64,000 bases of DNA from Octopus sinensis (taxonomy: Eukaryota): positions 202,926,001 through 202,990,000 of the forward strand of contig NC_042998.1 of the NCBI RefSeq assembly GCF_006345805.1. The letters are read 5' to 3'. Every line of letters starts with the position of its first letter. The stretch's first letter is position 1. A program made the translations under genes and the position numbers. Positions 25,361 through 39,304 of the stretch are shown piece by piece. The notes under the pieces were generated by a model, which did no database searches, was not told the DNA's origin, and saw only the letters and a list, made by a program, of their open reading frames with translations.

Positions 25361-27558
25361 TTATTTTGTGGTACAATATTGGCAAGTAATCTGTGCCGAC
25401 GTTACTCTCGATGATGTCTGGTCAGTTGGAATTATTACCAACACGCAGATCCTCACGACATCAGAATACTGAAAAACATTACAAGAATGTATAGAGCGTG
25501 CTGGGAATATCTTGAAACTCGGCCCCCAGGGCCCAGTTACTTTATAAGTGGCAGTAAAAACCATTTAATCGCTTTCTGTGCAGAAATCTTTAAAAAGAGA
25601 AAAAAAAGTAAAGCAACAATAAAAATTAATTATTGAGGTTTCGAACCGGAACAGCGCACAACTCTGGTGTTGTCAATAATATTGCCCCCACCCCTCCAGC
25701 CTTATTACCAGGAACTAACCAAGAGACACAAGAACCCTCTTTCTCATCACAACCAGTAGAGAAAAGTGAGTGTCACTCACGGCAGCAGTTGTAGCAGTAA
25801 AATCTAAACGAATCGAAGGTATCCCTTTGCAGTTGTACCACCTTTATTCACTTATGAGGATGGAGACGAAGCAGAAGCCGAAGTGGATAAGTAGACTATT
25901 TAGAAAAATCGAAGAATTATACATAGGAAGTAATCGCAAGAATCAATATAAAAGCGCCAGAAGAGATACCTCCTTCTCTAAGAGAAGATGATCTCCGCCG
26001 AGTAAGGACTCAACTCCTTGGAAGAGAATTCTGTCCCCTGCAATGAGGAATCTGCTTCCCTTCAGAATGAAATTACAGCCATATCTCGTCTTCAGACGAA
26101 TGGAGATTTAGTAAAACTTACATGAAATATGTTATCAATTTCCAGAATAATTACGGGTCGAGAAAGAAGTACGATCCCATTTCAAGCCAGTAAAAATAAC
26201 AAAAGATTAATACAAATTTCCGACAGACACTTCGAAGCATTTTCTGTTAAAAATCCATAGGGTGTGGTCTTTCACTTGTGTACTGTAGTCCAAGCACAGA
26301 TTCTAGACACTTCACTGAAGAACAATACCGGAAGAAAAGTATTGCTGCTTAGTCAAAAACAGGGGTGCTCTGTTCAACACAAGTAGACACTTATACATAC
26401 GTACATAGATACATTATGGCTGCTCCTTCGTTATCGAGTATGGCCATTGCACGAAGCTTAACTGTTACTGGTGCTGTGATCGAATGTGATACATGGATAC
26501 ATAGATACATACATACATATTTTTATATTCATACTTACACATATATTGTTTTTATTAGTGCTTCTTTATACTTCTTTATTATAATCTATAATATTTTTTT
26601 TCATAAAATTTTCATTCTTCCTATTATGTAACATCTTCCATCCTCCCCTCATCTTTGAATCACATGTCCGGTCCATCCACACATCCTCTTAATACTTCTG
26701 TTCAACTTCAGCATTCTATTGTTCCTTTGGGCTTTTGTGATTAAAAAAAAGACAAGATTATTATTACTACTACTATGATTATTATTATTACTATTATTAT
26801 TATCATCATCTTCAGTGTTGTTGTTATTGTTGTTTTTGTTGTTAAAGCTGTTCTTGCTGCTGCTGTTGTTGTTGTTGTTGTTGTTGTTGCATGATAAAAT
26901 TTATAATAATCTTTAATAACTAACTCTTGAGAACTAAACTAATTGTTCCATTATAAAGTTACCATCAATAAAATTTCATGACTGCGAAGACAATTAATTA
27001 GTTTTAGCTGGAACTTTTATCGTGCTAATATTACTGCGGACATTGAATTACAAGAGATTTCCACACGAAAAATAAGGTCAGCAGATCTTGAAACGTCGGT
27101 GCAACAATGGACATACAGAAAATGTTATTGCGTTTTCTCATGAATATGAGGAAAAGTCATTAGAAAATATATATGAAATGTTATTCTCGAAGAGCTCCGT
27201 GATCTTTGATCTAAACTGTCTCTCATTTTGACAAGTGCTGTTGTTGATCGTCGAGATGATGGTGAAGGGTATGTTGGCCATTGACCTATGTAATACAACT
27301 ACGCGTCAATTAACGACTATGAGTTTTATTCTTATCTACTTCCAACTGATTGAACAACATGCGGGGTAAGTAATATCGCGCTAGGCAAATTCTGTGACTC
27401 CGGTTTCAATTCTCGTCTGAGATCATTTCTCATCTCTTGCATCATTAATTGAATAAAAGACCAACAACAATCTCAATAAATATCCCATCTAATTTACCTA
27501 CCACTATATTATTCAATCTGTTCTTCCATTTTTTTTTTAATGTGGTAGCAGAACATTT

Positions 27559-27858
27559 GGATCTTTTCGGTTTGAACGGCAGTTTTTAACAATTTCTAGG
27601 TAACTAAAAAATTTTTAACTTCGTATACTGGGAGAATGTGTTTATAAAACATCTTTTTCTCTTGGCTTTATTGAGAAAATTCTATAAACAGATTGGGTTT
27701 ATTTTCATTTGTGAAGAAAAAGAGATACCCTTCCCCCAACCCCTAACCCTAACCCTAAATAGATTGAAATGCAATAGATCGATACTAGGGTCATAATTAT
27801 GGTTGACAATTTCGTATGACACCGCTAGAAAAACATGCCGTTCAAACCGAAAAGATCC
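27559..27858. mobile_element. Merlin-like MITE, internally deleted
   Basis: Same TIRs and (CCCTAA)3; TSD not preserved. Confidence 0.8.
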
Positions 27859-29338
27859 CAGTTTTTTATTTATGTCTTCTCTTAAAATAATAATCGACAA
27901 AAGAAGACGGTATAAATAATTGAATGGAGATAATCACATGTAGAGTTTCTAAGCATTTTGGTGACATCCTTATAACCTAGATACAGAGATCTTTGCCTAA
28001 AACCATTTCTAAGAAGAATTAACGAGGATCCAGCCGGATGCAGTAAGTAAAACTGGCAACTTTACTTGGATAAACGTCAATGGTGAAAGTGGATAATCCG
28101 GTATTGATTACACAAAGTCTTTTACGTTGTTGACTATCCCTTACGGAAACGAAAGATGTGGAGGAAGAGGAGGAGGAGGAGGAGGAGGAAGAGGAGGAGG
28201 GGAGGAAGAGGAGGAGGAGGAGAGGAGGAGGAGGAGAGAAGAAAGAAGAAATTATAAGTTATAGTGATAAATACATTGTTGTTGGTGGTGGTCATATTTA
28301 TAATGTGACTTGATGTTTGTTGTTGTTGGGGAGGGGGGGTTACTCCAATTTAGACACGTTCAACCAGACCTGTAGTCAAAAGTTGTGACAATCCCTTCAT
28401 TTTGAATAATCGGGGTCTGCACAGTCCAACGAGTCCTTCCTTTTCAAAGATGATTGGGTGTGATTTGAGATGAATTTAGCTGCTATTTGTTGTAGGTTGA
28501 GCTAATGCTATATTTTTAATTTAGATAATAACTTTTTAAAATCCTTAATGGTATTATATGTCATTCAGAAAATTTTAATTTCAGTTTAAAAAAAATAATG
28601 GTATTTAATCTATTTAATGCCATTTAACTCAAGAAATAAATCATGTATGGTTTCATCCCATAATTAGGTGTTTTCGGTGAAAAGTCAAAATAGAGGCATT
28701 TAACTGTTAATTAAAGAAATAGAAATTATTTTCTTTAATTTCATCACCAGGCACCACCATAGCTCATGAAGTAGTTGTTATATTTCTGTGTTTATTTTTG
28801 TTTGTTTTTCGTGAGATCTTTTTAAACTCTGATAGCTGATTCGATGAAGTTATTTGATGGAGCCTGTGTTGTAGTTATCTGCCAGTGATATAAAGATCAG
28901 TATCTTCGTAACGAGAATGCTACTTCGTATGTTTATATTTGACGAGCGTGCTGATCATGGTTAGGGTTCGTAATTGATGTATTACACATATAAAGGAAAA
29001 TTAAGAGAAGTATTAAAACTTTCAGTAACGTGATCAGTCACAGCATTTGATTTTAACGGGTTTAGATCATCAATGTATTCTGTTTCTGTGTCGTTATAAT
29101 TGATTGAAACCAAACACTAGCGACGACCGACTGAAAATTTACTGTAAATAAAAACAAAATATTGCACGGTAATATCACAATAAAGAGAGTTATCACTGTA
29201 ACACAGCAACAAGAGTTACGACCGTGAGGCAACTGCAAAATCATCGCAGTGAATAATAAAGAAAATTATCACAGCAATTATATAACAATACGTTTTCCAC
29301 AACAGTTTTATAACAATAAATTTAACACTACAACAGCA

Positions 29339-29533
29339 ACTGCATCCTTCAAAACTTCCATGTTTCCTGAGATTCACCAACACTACACCTGATTTTCTCC
29401 CCTCCGTACACACAAGCAAGCATGTATCTGACTCATACACTGTTCGCTTTCCAGATATTTGTACATTACTGCATATACTTTATACGCACTTTTGACAAGT
29501 TGTGGTGCTCCTGAGTACTGTATACAATAATTC

Positions 29534-29588
<55 letters not shown>

Positions 29589-29590
29589 TA
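29339..29590 (+). mobile_element. LINE 3' end with (ATT)n tail
   Basis: ORF-end-like ASFKTSMFPEIHQHYT*, then a 3'UTR and a long (ATT)n tail. Confidence 0.55.
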
Positions 29591-29836
29591 ACAACAAATT
29601 TATCACTTGAGTGATATTTACTACAGCAGCAATACAACAAATATAACAACGTATTTATCACACCACTTACATTCCAAGGTTTCCACAGCAGTAATACAAC
29701 AGCAAAAAATTATATCAGTGACATAACGTGTGTCATAACAGTAATAAACAACAACAAATTTATCACAGCAGTAGTAATATACCAACAAAGTTACTACAAC
29801 AATAACACAATAACGAACTCTTTACGGCAGTAATAC

Positions 29837-30051
29837 AATATTGATTTCAAATTTTGGCACAGGGTTAGCAATTTCGGAAGAGGAGGAGGTCGATGACATC
29901 GACGCCAGTACTCAACTGGCGCTTATTTTATCGACCCTGAAAGGACGAAAGATAAAGTCGACCTCGGCGAGATTTGAACTTACAACGTGAAGACGAACGA
30001 AATGCCGTTAAGCATTTTGACCGGCGTGCTAACGATTCTGCCAGCTCGCCG
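29837..30051 (-). mobile_element. SINE family A (older subfamily)
   Basis: Family core; TSD CTTTACGGCAGT(A/G)ATAC. Confidence 0.85.
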
Positions 30052-32719
30052 CTTTACGGCAGTGATACAGCATCGACAAAAGTTGCTCGTGCTGTAATAC
30101 AACAACAGATATTTACCACAGCAGTGTATAATGATGGCAAAAGTTACCAGCAAAATAATACACCAACAAAAGTTTCCGCAGCCCTACATCAATAACCAAA
30201 TTGAATCAGCTGTTATTATAACATCAGACACTGAAATTTGTTTTCAAATGTCTGTGCTTAATGAAACAAAAAAAATTACAGAAAGTAGTATAATTATAAA
30301 TTACTGATAACAACGATAGACAAATAACATTTTGTTTTAGACTATAGAAAATATCAAAAGCAAATTAAAATATTTAATAATACATTGAATACTCTGAACA
30401 CACAATCGTATTTGATTTCTAAAAACAGAAGAAAAAACATTGATATGCTAAAATGTTAATGATGAAGAAAATATAACTGCTAAGGTGATGTTCAGACATA
30501 ACTGGAATATTACATCTCTAAACTATGTAATTTATACAACAGCCAAAAACAAAATATTTATAAACTAATGCTATCTACGAACGGTGAAGATAACAGTGCA
30601 GCTTCAATGGAAGAACGACGTATAAAGATAAATATACAAGAGGAGAATAAAAGGTATCTGTAGTAATTGAAATCCAAAATACAATGTTTCGTATAACTAA
30701 TGAGAAAATAACACTTGAAAACTGAATTTTACACAAAAACTTGGGAGAACTACAGTAATGGCAAATCAACAAATCAATGTCGAAAGCCAGTGAATTGGAA
30801 GATATGGGAAACTACAGACAAATTATATGTTCGGAGATAATCGAATGCAAAGCTATGGAAACTAAATGACAAACAACTTATTTAATCTCTTTCAAAGCTT
30901 ATTCTACTATTTTTATTTGTTCTTAATTACTTATGACACTTTCATCGAAAGAAAACTTTCACCTATGGATTGAAGAGGTTAAACTAAGCACAGAAAGGCT
31001 CTGAACAAAAGACATAGGATATAATGTGTCCAATTAGGTCAAGACGATAAAAATTGAATCTATATAGAAGATTCTAAGAGTTATAAAAAAACTAATTTTT
31101 TATATTTCATTTTCTTACAAAGGTTTTTAAATGGTTTTGACAGGTTTCACATTCAATAGAGATGGTGAATTCATGTCAGCCTTCTTGAGAAAATGGAAGG
31201 CGGCGTTACAATTTCGTCGCCCGCAACAGACATAGAATTTGTTATAACCAATATTTTTTTAATGTAATATTTTAATAGGCTTCACTTCCAATCTTTATTG
31301 ATTCATTTAAGTTCTATTAAACATCTATCTGAAACAAAGTAAAGAAAAGAAGAAAGCTCTTACAAACTATGTTAATCCATTAGTTGTTTATGGATAATAT
31401 CAAACTCCCAGAAGTATCAGTATACGAACGGAAAGTGCTGTTATAGCAATTAATAGCTTTTGCAGCGCTGATAATTTCTTTACATTGATATAAAGCTTTA
31501 GAGATGTAACGATAAAGACTTTTTTAATATCATTATCAAAATAGATTAAGAAGGTGCTGGTTTCGTACGAAGAGGACACAGGAATAAATTCATAACATTT
31601 CTGAGTTTTGTCTCTAAGTTCTTCGTTCATTTCTCACCAGAATCAAATTCCATTTTCAACTCTACAGAATCGATTAAATATGTTCCAGCTAAGTATTGGT
31701 GTCCATTCAATCAATTTTAACGTCCACCTTTTTCAGACATCACAAGTAATTTTACTACTGTTATTGTTTAACCCCCAATCGACCCGGGATGAGCATACTT
31801 ACGATTAAAAAATCTCCAGACATCTGTCACTCATCTGTCTGTTACAGGCATAATGTTATCAAGAACTTCGCTATTGAATAACATGAACTCAAAAATCGTT
31901 ATTATTAAAATTAATAGTGGAATAAGGAATAATTCCTAAGAGTCGAATCTGAGTTTTGGTTTCGATTCCTGATTGAAATCAAGTTGGGTCCCTCGAGTCA
32001 CTAACGTCCCTGACAGAGATATGAACGTTACTTCCGTATATAGGCACTGATCCAGAAATGGAACCTTGTGTCGCAATGAGAAATCCTCCGATTGAATATG
32101 GGAGCTTTATATTGCTATTTAACTAACAAGAAAAAGCAGCCAAATGTACCTCAGAGCACGAACTATAATTATGTAGAATGGAAGAACATGAAATAATTAG
32201 ATTTTGAACTTGAGTTACTACAAATACTATTTGTTGTTTTTGTTTCTTTGTTTTGTTTTGTTTTTTTGTATATTTATCTTTGTTGTTCATTCTTCCATTG
32301 TAGCACTAGTATCTTTATGTGTAAATAGTTTTTTTTTATGGTCTAGAAAGACAGGACAACATTTAATCAATAGATCTGTAGGGGGCAGTAAACAACAGCA
32401 AGGAAATTATAGAAATAAATGCTTCTGTTCCCACCAGAAATTGAAACCTGGTTCACCATATCTATTCGCTTTTATTGTTCTTGCATTACTCTGAATTATG
32501 TATGTACCACATATTCCATTTGCTACCCAGCTCCGTCATAATGTGTATGAGACACAAACTCTTATTTATAGCTGAATTTACGTAATCTACAACCACATGT
32601 TTGGTTTCAATTCCTGTTTGAATTCCATTCGATTCTCTTGCAATTAGCACTACACAACCCTGTACCACAATGCTTATCACAAATTTTATCCAGTTTAATT
32701 ATTACTGCACAGTTCTTCA

Positions 32720-33925
32720 TTATTTCATATTCTTCAATATCATTGCACTCACTCAAATCATGTATGTAGCATAAATTTCATATTCTTCAATATTATTGAA
32801 CACACTCAAATCAGGTATGCAACATAAATTTCATACTTTTCAATATTATTGTGCACATCATGTATGCAATACAAATTTCGTATTCTTCAATATTGTTCCA
32901 CACACTCAAATTATGTATGCAACATAAATTTCATATCTTTCAATATCATTGCACTCACTCAAATCATGCATATAACTTGTATTTTGTATTTTTCAACATC
33001 ATTACACACACTCAAATCATGCAGCATAAATTTCACATTTTTCATTGCACACGCCCAAATTATGTATGCAACATAAATTTCATATTCTTTTATATCATTG
33101 CACACGCTCAAATCAGGTATGCAACATAAATTTCATATTTTTCAATATCGTTGCACACACTCAAATCATGCATATAATTTTGTATTTCATATTTTTCAAT
33201 ATCACTTGTATTTCATATTTTTCATGGCACACGCTCAAATCAGATATGCAACATAAATTTCATATTCTTTTATATCATTGTACATGCTCGAATCAGGGAT
33301 ATGCTACACAAATTTCATATATTTCAATATCGTATCAATCACTCAGATCATGCATATAACTTATATTTTGTATTTTTCAATATCATTGCACACACTCAAA
33401 TCAGGTATGCAGCATAAATTTCATATTTTTCAATATCATTGCACACAGTTAAATCATGCATATAACTTGTATTTCGTATTTTTCAATATCATTACACACA
33501 CTCAAATCATGTGTGCAGCATAAATTTCATATTTTTCATTGCATACGCTCAAATCAGGGGTATGCGACATAAATTTCATTTTTTCAATATCATTGCACAC
33601 AGTCGAATCATGTATATAACTTCTATTTCGTATTTTTCACTATCAGTTCACACGCTCAAATCAGGGGTATGCAACGTAAGTTTCATATTTCTCAATATCA
33701 TTGCACACATTCAAATCATGTAAGCCAAATAAATTTCATATTTCTCAATATCATCGCACACACTCAAATCATGGGTACGACATAAATTTCGTACTCTTAA
33801 ATATCATTATACACGCTCAAATCATGTAACTTGAATTTCATATTTTTCAATATTCTTGCACTCACTCTAATCATGAACGTAACTTTACTTTCCTATTTTT
33901 CAAAATCGTTGTAGAGACTCAAATA
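32720..33925. repeat. Satellite, ~53-bp unit, ~23 copies, two alternating subtypes
   Basis: Unit atttcatatttttcaatatcattgcacacactcaaatcatgtatgcaacataa. Confidence 0.9.
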
Positions 33926-35563
33926 ATGTTAAGTAGGTATAGTTAACACGTGTTCCATCTTCAGACCGTTGCTACACATCCCTAAGCTACCATGTATGTG
34001 GCGCAAATTCCATCCGTCTCTGTAGATGCTATTGTTCAATCCTTCACTAAATATGCGATACAGATTCTATCTTTGTATATGTTATTACAAAGTTATGCAC
34101 CACAATGTAAATGTCACAAATTCAACTCTCTACAATTTCAATGACACAGACTCCTACTTCACTGTTCCTTCGTCTACAGATTCTTACAAACAACTAAATA
34201 TTATTGACGAGATATAACAAGTAAATTCATATTCCAATTCGAAATTCAAGTCTTGCCAATACCTCTTCACCAGTTCTTTGTAACTTTTCTTTTACACTCT
34301 TTATATTTTATGCTTCGCGTTTCTTTCTTTCTTTTTTTTTCTTCACCAAGTCTTTGAGCGACTTCCTGATATTCTAACTACTTGAGGCAAAACTGACTTG
34401 GAAATCTAAAACAAAAAAAAAAAGCATTTCTTTACAACACGCACACACACAGACACACACGCACACACACACACACACACAGCTACATACATGCATGCAT
34501 ATATTGTTATAGAATCCGAGTGACTGTGTGTGTGTGTGGGGGGGTATCACTGTATGTACGCAGAAGTGTCTGTGCTTCCATGTGTGTGCGTGTGCGCATG
34601 CGTAGGTAAGTTATCGCAACCCCCACCCCTTATACTGTCGATACATAAAGCATAAACACTTGGTAAGCTGTGTTTGTGAATTGCGTCATAATATATATAC
34701 GTAGATATATATATATACACACACACATATTGTCATATTGTTATATACATGGATACCTAGACATATTCATACATATATAATCATATCTATACACAAAAGA
34801 GAGTGTATGTACATATATACGTGTTTATATATATATATATATACATATATATACATATGTATGTATATATTATGTATATATACATATATATACATTTAAA
34901 TATACATATATATATACATACATATATATATTTGTGTGTATGTGGATATATATATATATATATATATATAGGTAGTTTGTAGAATTTGTGTGCATGTGTG
35001 TGTGTGTATGTATAATATATATATATACACACACACAAACACACACACACATACTTACATACATATACACATACATACATACGTACATACATACATACAT
35101 ACATACATACATACATACATACATACATACATACATACATACATACCTATGTGTATTGAATGTCCTTGACCGCTAGTACGAAACCGAATAGACTTTACAA
35201 ATATCGCATCAACGTTCAATACGTATATATTCCGCATCATTACATTTTATGGTTCTGAAATAGACAATAAAATGCTAATTAAGTCAGTTTATATAGAACT
35301 TGGTGTTCTCAAGATCCCTTGATGGCTCATAAAGTATTATTTACACTACGCGTGTAAACAATGCTGGAATCTCTGACTGTCTTAGATAAGGTGCTTTATA
35401 TTTACATAATATACTATAAAATACTAATTAACACAGTTTAATTAATCTTAGTTGTCATTTTTGTTATGATGATTAATTTGTGGAAATCACTTCCGTTTTT
35501 ACCGGAGTTTAAAAGGGTTCAATACGTACATATTCGACATCATGTTATATATATATATATATA

Positions 35564-35775
35564 AGGAGAGTTTACGAAAAGAACAAAAGACGAAGACAGG
35601 TGGTGTACAAAACAAACAGATGTATTAGTATAACGCTCAGGAATAGAAAATGTCTTTTACGTTTCGAGCCTACGCTCTTCTACAGAAAGATACACAGAAA
35701 AAACAAGGAGAGAGAAAAAGGAGAGAAAAAATGGAGAGAAAAATGTGTGTAGTGGCTAACGATCTATCATGGCGA
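35564..35775 (-). mobile_element. HHR-bearing element family H1 inserted in (TA)n
   Basis: HHR at 35653-35690, minus strand TCTTT-CTGTAGA-A-GAGC-GTAG-GCTC-GAA-ACGT-A-AAAGA; TA repeats on both sides. Confidence 0.8.
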
Positions 35776-35993
35776 ATATATATATAAATGTATATATATA
35801 TAGTGGTTGTATACTCTCAAATCAACGTGACAGTCCCGTAAGGGAATTACACCACCGCCATTTAGCCCTAGGTAACGTCGACGTTTCCTGTCGGCTTTGA
35901 CACAGTTTCTGTGTCCTTATATTTGCAAAGGGGAGGCAATCACCCCCGCCAGCTAGCTGGCGGGGGTGATATACATTTATATATATATATGTA

Positions 35994-36289
35994 TATCACC
36001 GTGATCACCGTGGCCGACCAGGCTATCAGATGTTGCTACACATCGCTGGTCACAATGCGCTTCGCATTGTTTTAGCCTTCAAATGATGCCACCCCGCTGG
36101 CTAAGCGAGCAGGCCAACAGAAGAAAGAGTGAGAGAAAGTTGCGGCGAAAGAGTACAGCAGGGATCGCTACCGCCCTGCCGGAGCCTCGTGGAGCTTTAG
36201 GTGTTTTCACTCAATAAACACTCACAACGCCCGGTCTAGGAATCGAAACCGCGAGTCCGCTGTCCTAACCACTGGGCCATTGCGCCTCC
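35994..36289 (-). mobile_element. tRNA-derived SINE family C, tail type 2
   Basis: Head and body match 22988-23170; different 3' part ending in (CACGGTGAT)2; flanked by (TA)n. Confidence 0.85.
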
Positions 36290-36296
36290 CCTATAT

Positions 36297-36343
<47 letters not shown>

Positions 36344-36553
36344 TGTACATCACACCCAAACCGTTATAATTAATTTGTTTATCCGTATAACTGCCAATGT
36401 ATATATATATACGCGCGCTACTATCAAACAGTGCGAATGAGTGCTCAACGTGTGGTAGGTTTGAAAATTGTAAAGAAATCCCTCTTTACAAGAGGTAGCC
36501 TAGTTAACCATAAATAAAGTGTGTGTGTGTGTGTGTATGAAAGAGAGAGAGAG

Positions 36554-36592
<39 letters not shown>

Positions 36593-36711
36593 TGTGTTTG
36601 TGTGTTTTGTGTGTTTGTGTGTGCATGTTATGTGTGTGAAGGCATGTGTACATATAGTGTATATTTGTGTATATATATGTTGGGTGTATGTATATATAGT
36701 TGTGTGTAAAC

Positions 36712-36742
<31 letters not shown>

Positions 36743-38859
36743 TACATGTATTTATGTGTGTATGTGTGTATGTGTATATGTATGTAGTGTGTGTGCCTAC
36801 TACATTTTGTATTGGGAAATAGATTTTAAGAGAAATAGTGATGGAGTCTCCGTAATGTATTAAGTTATAAAGCTGTAGGCGAAAGCAGAATGAAAGATAT
36901 GTAAAGATAGAAATTATTATTAAGTATACGTTTAAAGAAATCTGCTTGAGTTGGAAGTAAAAGTAGAAGCACAAGAAATTGAATAATGCTGCAATTTAAG
37001 ACGATTGTAACAGTATGTATCGTTAAAAGTAGTGGCTTCCTCTACAACTTAACTTAATGAAGGGGAAGTCGCTCAGTGGGGCATCTTTACCAGCTATTAG
37101 ATGGTAAAGATGCCCCAACATCTGTTATCGTTTAAATAATGGAGCAAATTAGAAGAAATAGTTTCTAAGAAAGTAAAACATACAGCAATTTATTGTATAG
37201 AAGGAAATGTTTAAGATTAGTGGGAATATCAGCCGATTTTGAGAAGGTATAAAAGTTGCAGACGTTATTTGGTATTATAATGTGATTGCATGCATTCGAA
37301 AAAATAATTGAAATTGTACGTGAAACAGTTGAGTAAGTGAGTGAGGTGAAGTGATGGCTGTTACAAATATGTTAAGGGAACTTCTCGGAGAAATATTACT
37401 TTTTAATAAGCCGTTTATTAGAAAAAGAAAGCAGAATTCAAACCTAACTGAATTTGACAACTGTCATAAGTATATTTGTGGTTACAAAGTGTCTCCGACT
37501 TCAGCAGAGAGAAGGAATAGTAGGCATGGCTATCCCCTGTCGAGCTTCGATGTAGAGGACTCCTTGCTCTGTCAATGTGAGGAATGCTTACAGCTACTGG
37601 AGTATGAGGAAGAAAAAAGGCAGCAGTGTGCATGATGTAAGAAGCAGCAGAGCCTCTTGATGCTTATGGAGTAAGAGAGAGGAGAAAATTTAGAATTCAA
37701 GAGATAATGAACAGATATTTAGCCACCACTGCCGACCCCATCAACGGGAGTGTGTGATAGTTCAGGGTCGAAACATCCAATGCTAGTTGAATACCGTCAG
37801 ATGACAACAGTTCCTCCTGGTCAAAGCTACAATCACCAAAGATCAATGAAAGAGAAGCACCTTCTTTTAGAGGTAATCAATATCATAAAGGGAGCAGTAA
37901 CTCAAAATAATTATGAGCTATATAAGATCAAGGTATCTTTATGACTATTATATTGCAAATAATGACATAAGTTAGTCGTGATGTTTTCATATATGACAAA
38001 ATTATTGCGACAAAGAAACCTTGATTAAATTTTAAGAATCAAAAACAAAATAATGTCGAGTCAGCTGTTGAATATGACTGGAAAGGGATGATGAAACCTG
38101 GTTAAAGAGATGTGTGAGTGAGAAGCAAGTACTTGTTTGTCTATATGGCAAGTCCACAGTTTGCATGGTCGTGATGATCCTGAAAAAGAACTTGAGAGTA
38201 AATACTAGTCAGTCAAACCAGTAAGCGGAGTCTCGCGTCATTGAGTCGGATGGGACGATGCACTGTAATGCCGTCAAGAGGAAGACCCAAAATGGTACGC
38301 AATCTCTCTTGGTGACCCCTGAAACCTACCGGTGTTCGATATGCCGAATATTCGATTGCACAGTCAAGCTGTTTGTAAATGTTCGATGAGACCTGTTGAA
38401 AGGCATCATTGAAATGAATGGTATTGTGACAGTTATGACTAGTATTAGCAGAAATATTATTATCAATAAGCTTTTTAGGTCTTTCATCACAAACACAGTA
38501 TTTGAAGAGTTATGTTTAAGATGTTAAAGTCTATAATTAGTCCGATGAAATTTTTCAATTGATCACTGATAGCGAAGATACAATTTGTTAGTTTTAAATA
38601 AATCGATGTAGATTATTTAAAAAAACCTACATATAATTGTGTAAAAGTTCAGAATTCAGACGATGAACATTTTAGTATTGTTTTCATTTTCTGAAATAGC
38701 ACAAAGGCTATTTGTGTCTTTTGTTTCCTCAATTTCTTGGAAATTCCGCTACGATCGTTGTATCCCTCAACATGAAGACGATGTGGAAAGATTACTACGA
38801 AAATAAGTACAGGCACAAATAACACCACATACACACAGGTGAGTATATATATAATATAT

Positions 38860-38933
<74 letters not shown>

Positions 38934-39180
38934 TATAAATAGATATATATAATATATATATGAAGGATACATATGTACATATTATCATATTACATATATA
39001 AAATATAATATATTTATATGTATATATATTGTATATATACTCTTTTACTCTCTTAGTCATTTCTACCAAAAATATACTAATTAGTAATATTTTTGGTAGA
39101 AATTACTAATTGTCCCTCTTAGCGTGTGGCATGTATGTATGATGCCCTCTGGCATGTATGTATAATGCCCTCTATTAAAT

Positions 39181-39268
<88 letters not shown>

Positions 39269-39304
39269 CTATATATATATATTTATTTATATATATATTA
39301 TATT

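Larger units (their letters stand above)
29140..30200. repeat. Degenerate ~25-bp minisatellite 'aacaaatttatcacagcagtaatac'
   Basis: Recurrent motif interrupted by LINE and SINE insertions. Confidence 0.55.

Noticed and set aside
24695-26100. Complex ORFs 24695-24982 and 25770-25991 as host exons
   Set aside because: No recognisable domain and no consistent splice structure; more likely decayed repeat or non-coding DNA.
32720-33925. CRISPR-like regular repeat
   Set aside because: Head-to-tail units without unique spacers, no cas genes, eukaryotic context.
35860-35915. Possible hammerhead on the minus strand (GAAACGTCGACGTT)
   Set aside because: No CUGANGA-like box at the required position.
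37351-38450. Possible decayed Helitron helicase or host exon
   Set aside because: Only faint resemblance; no diagnostic motif could be read.
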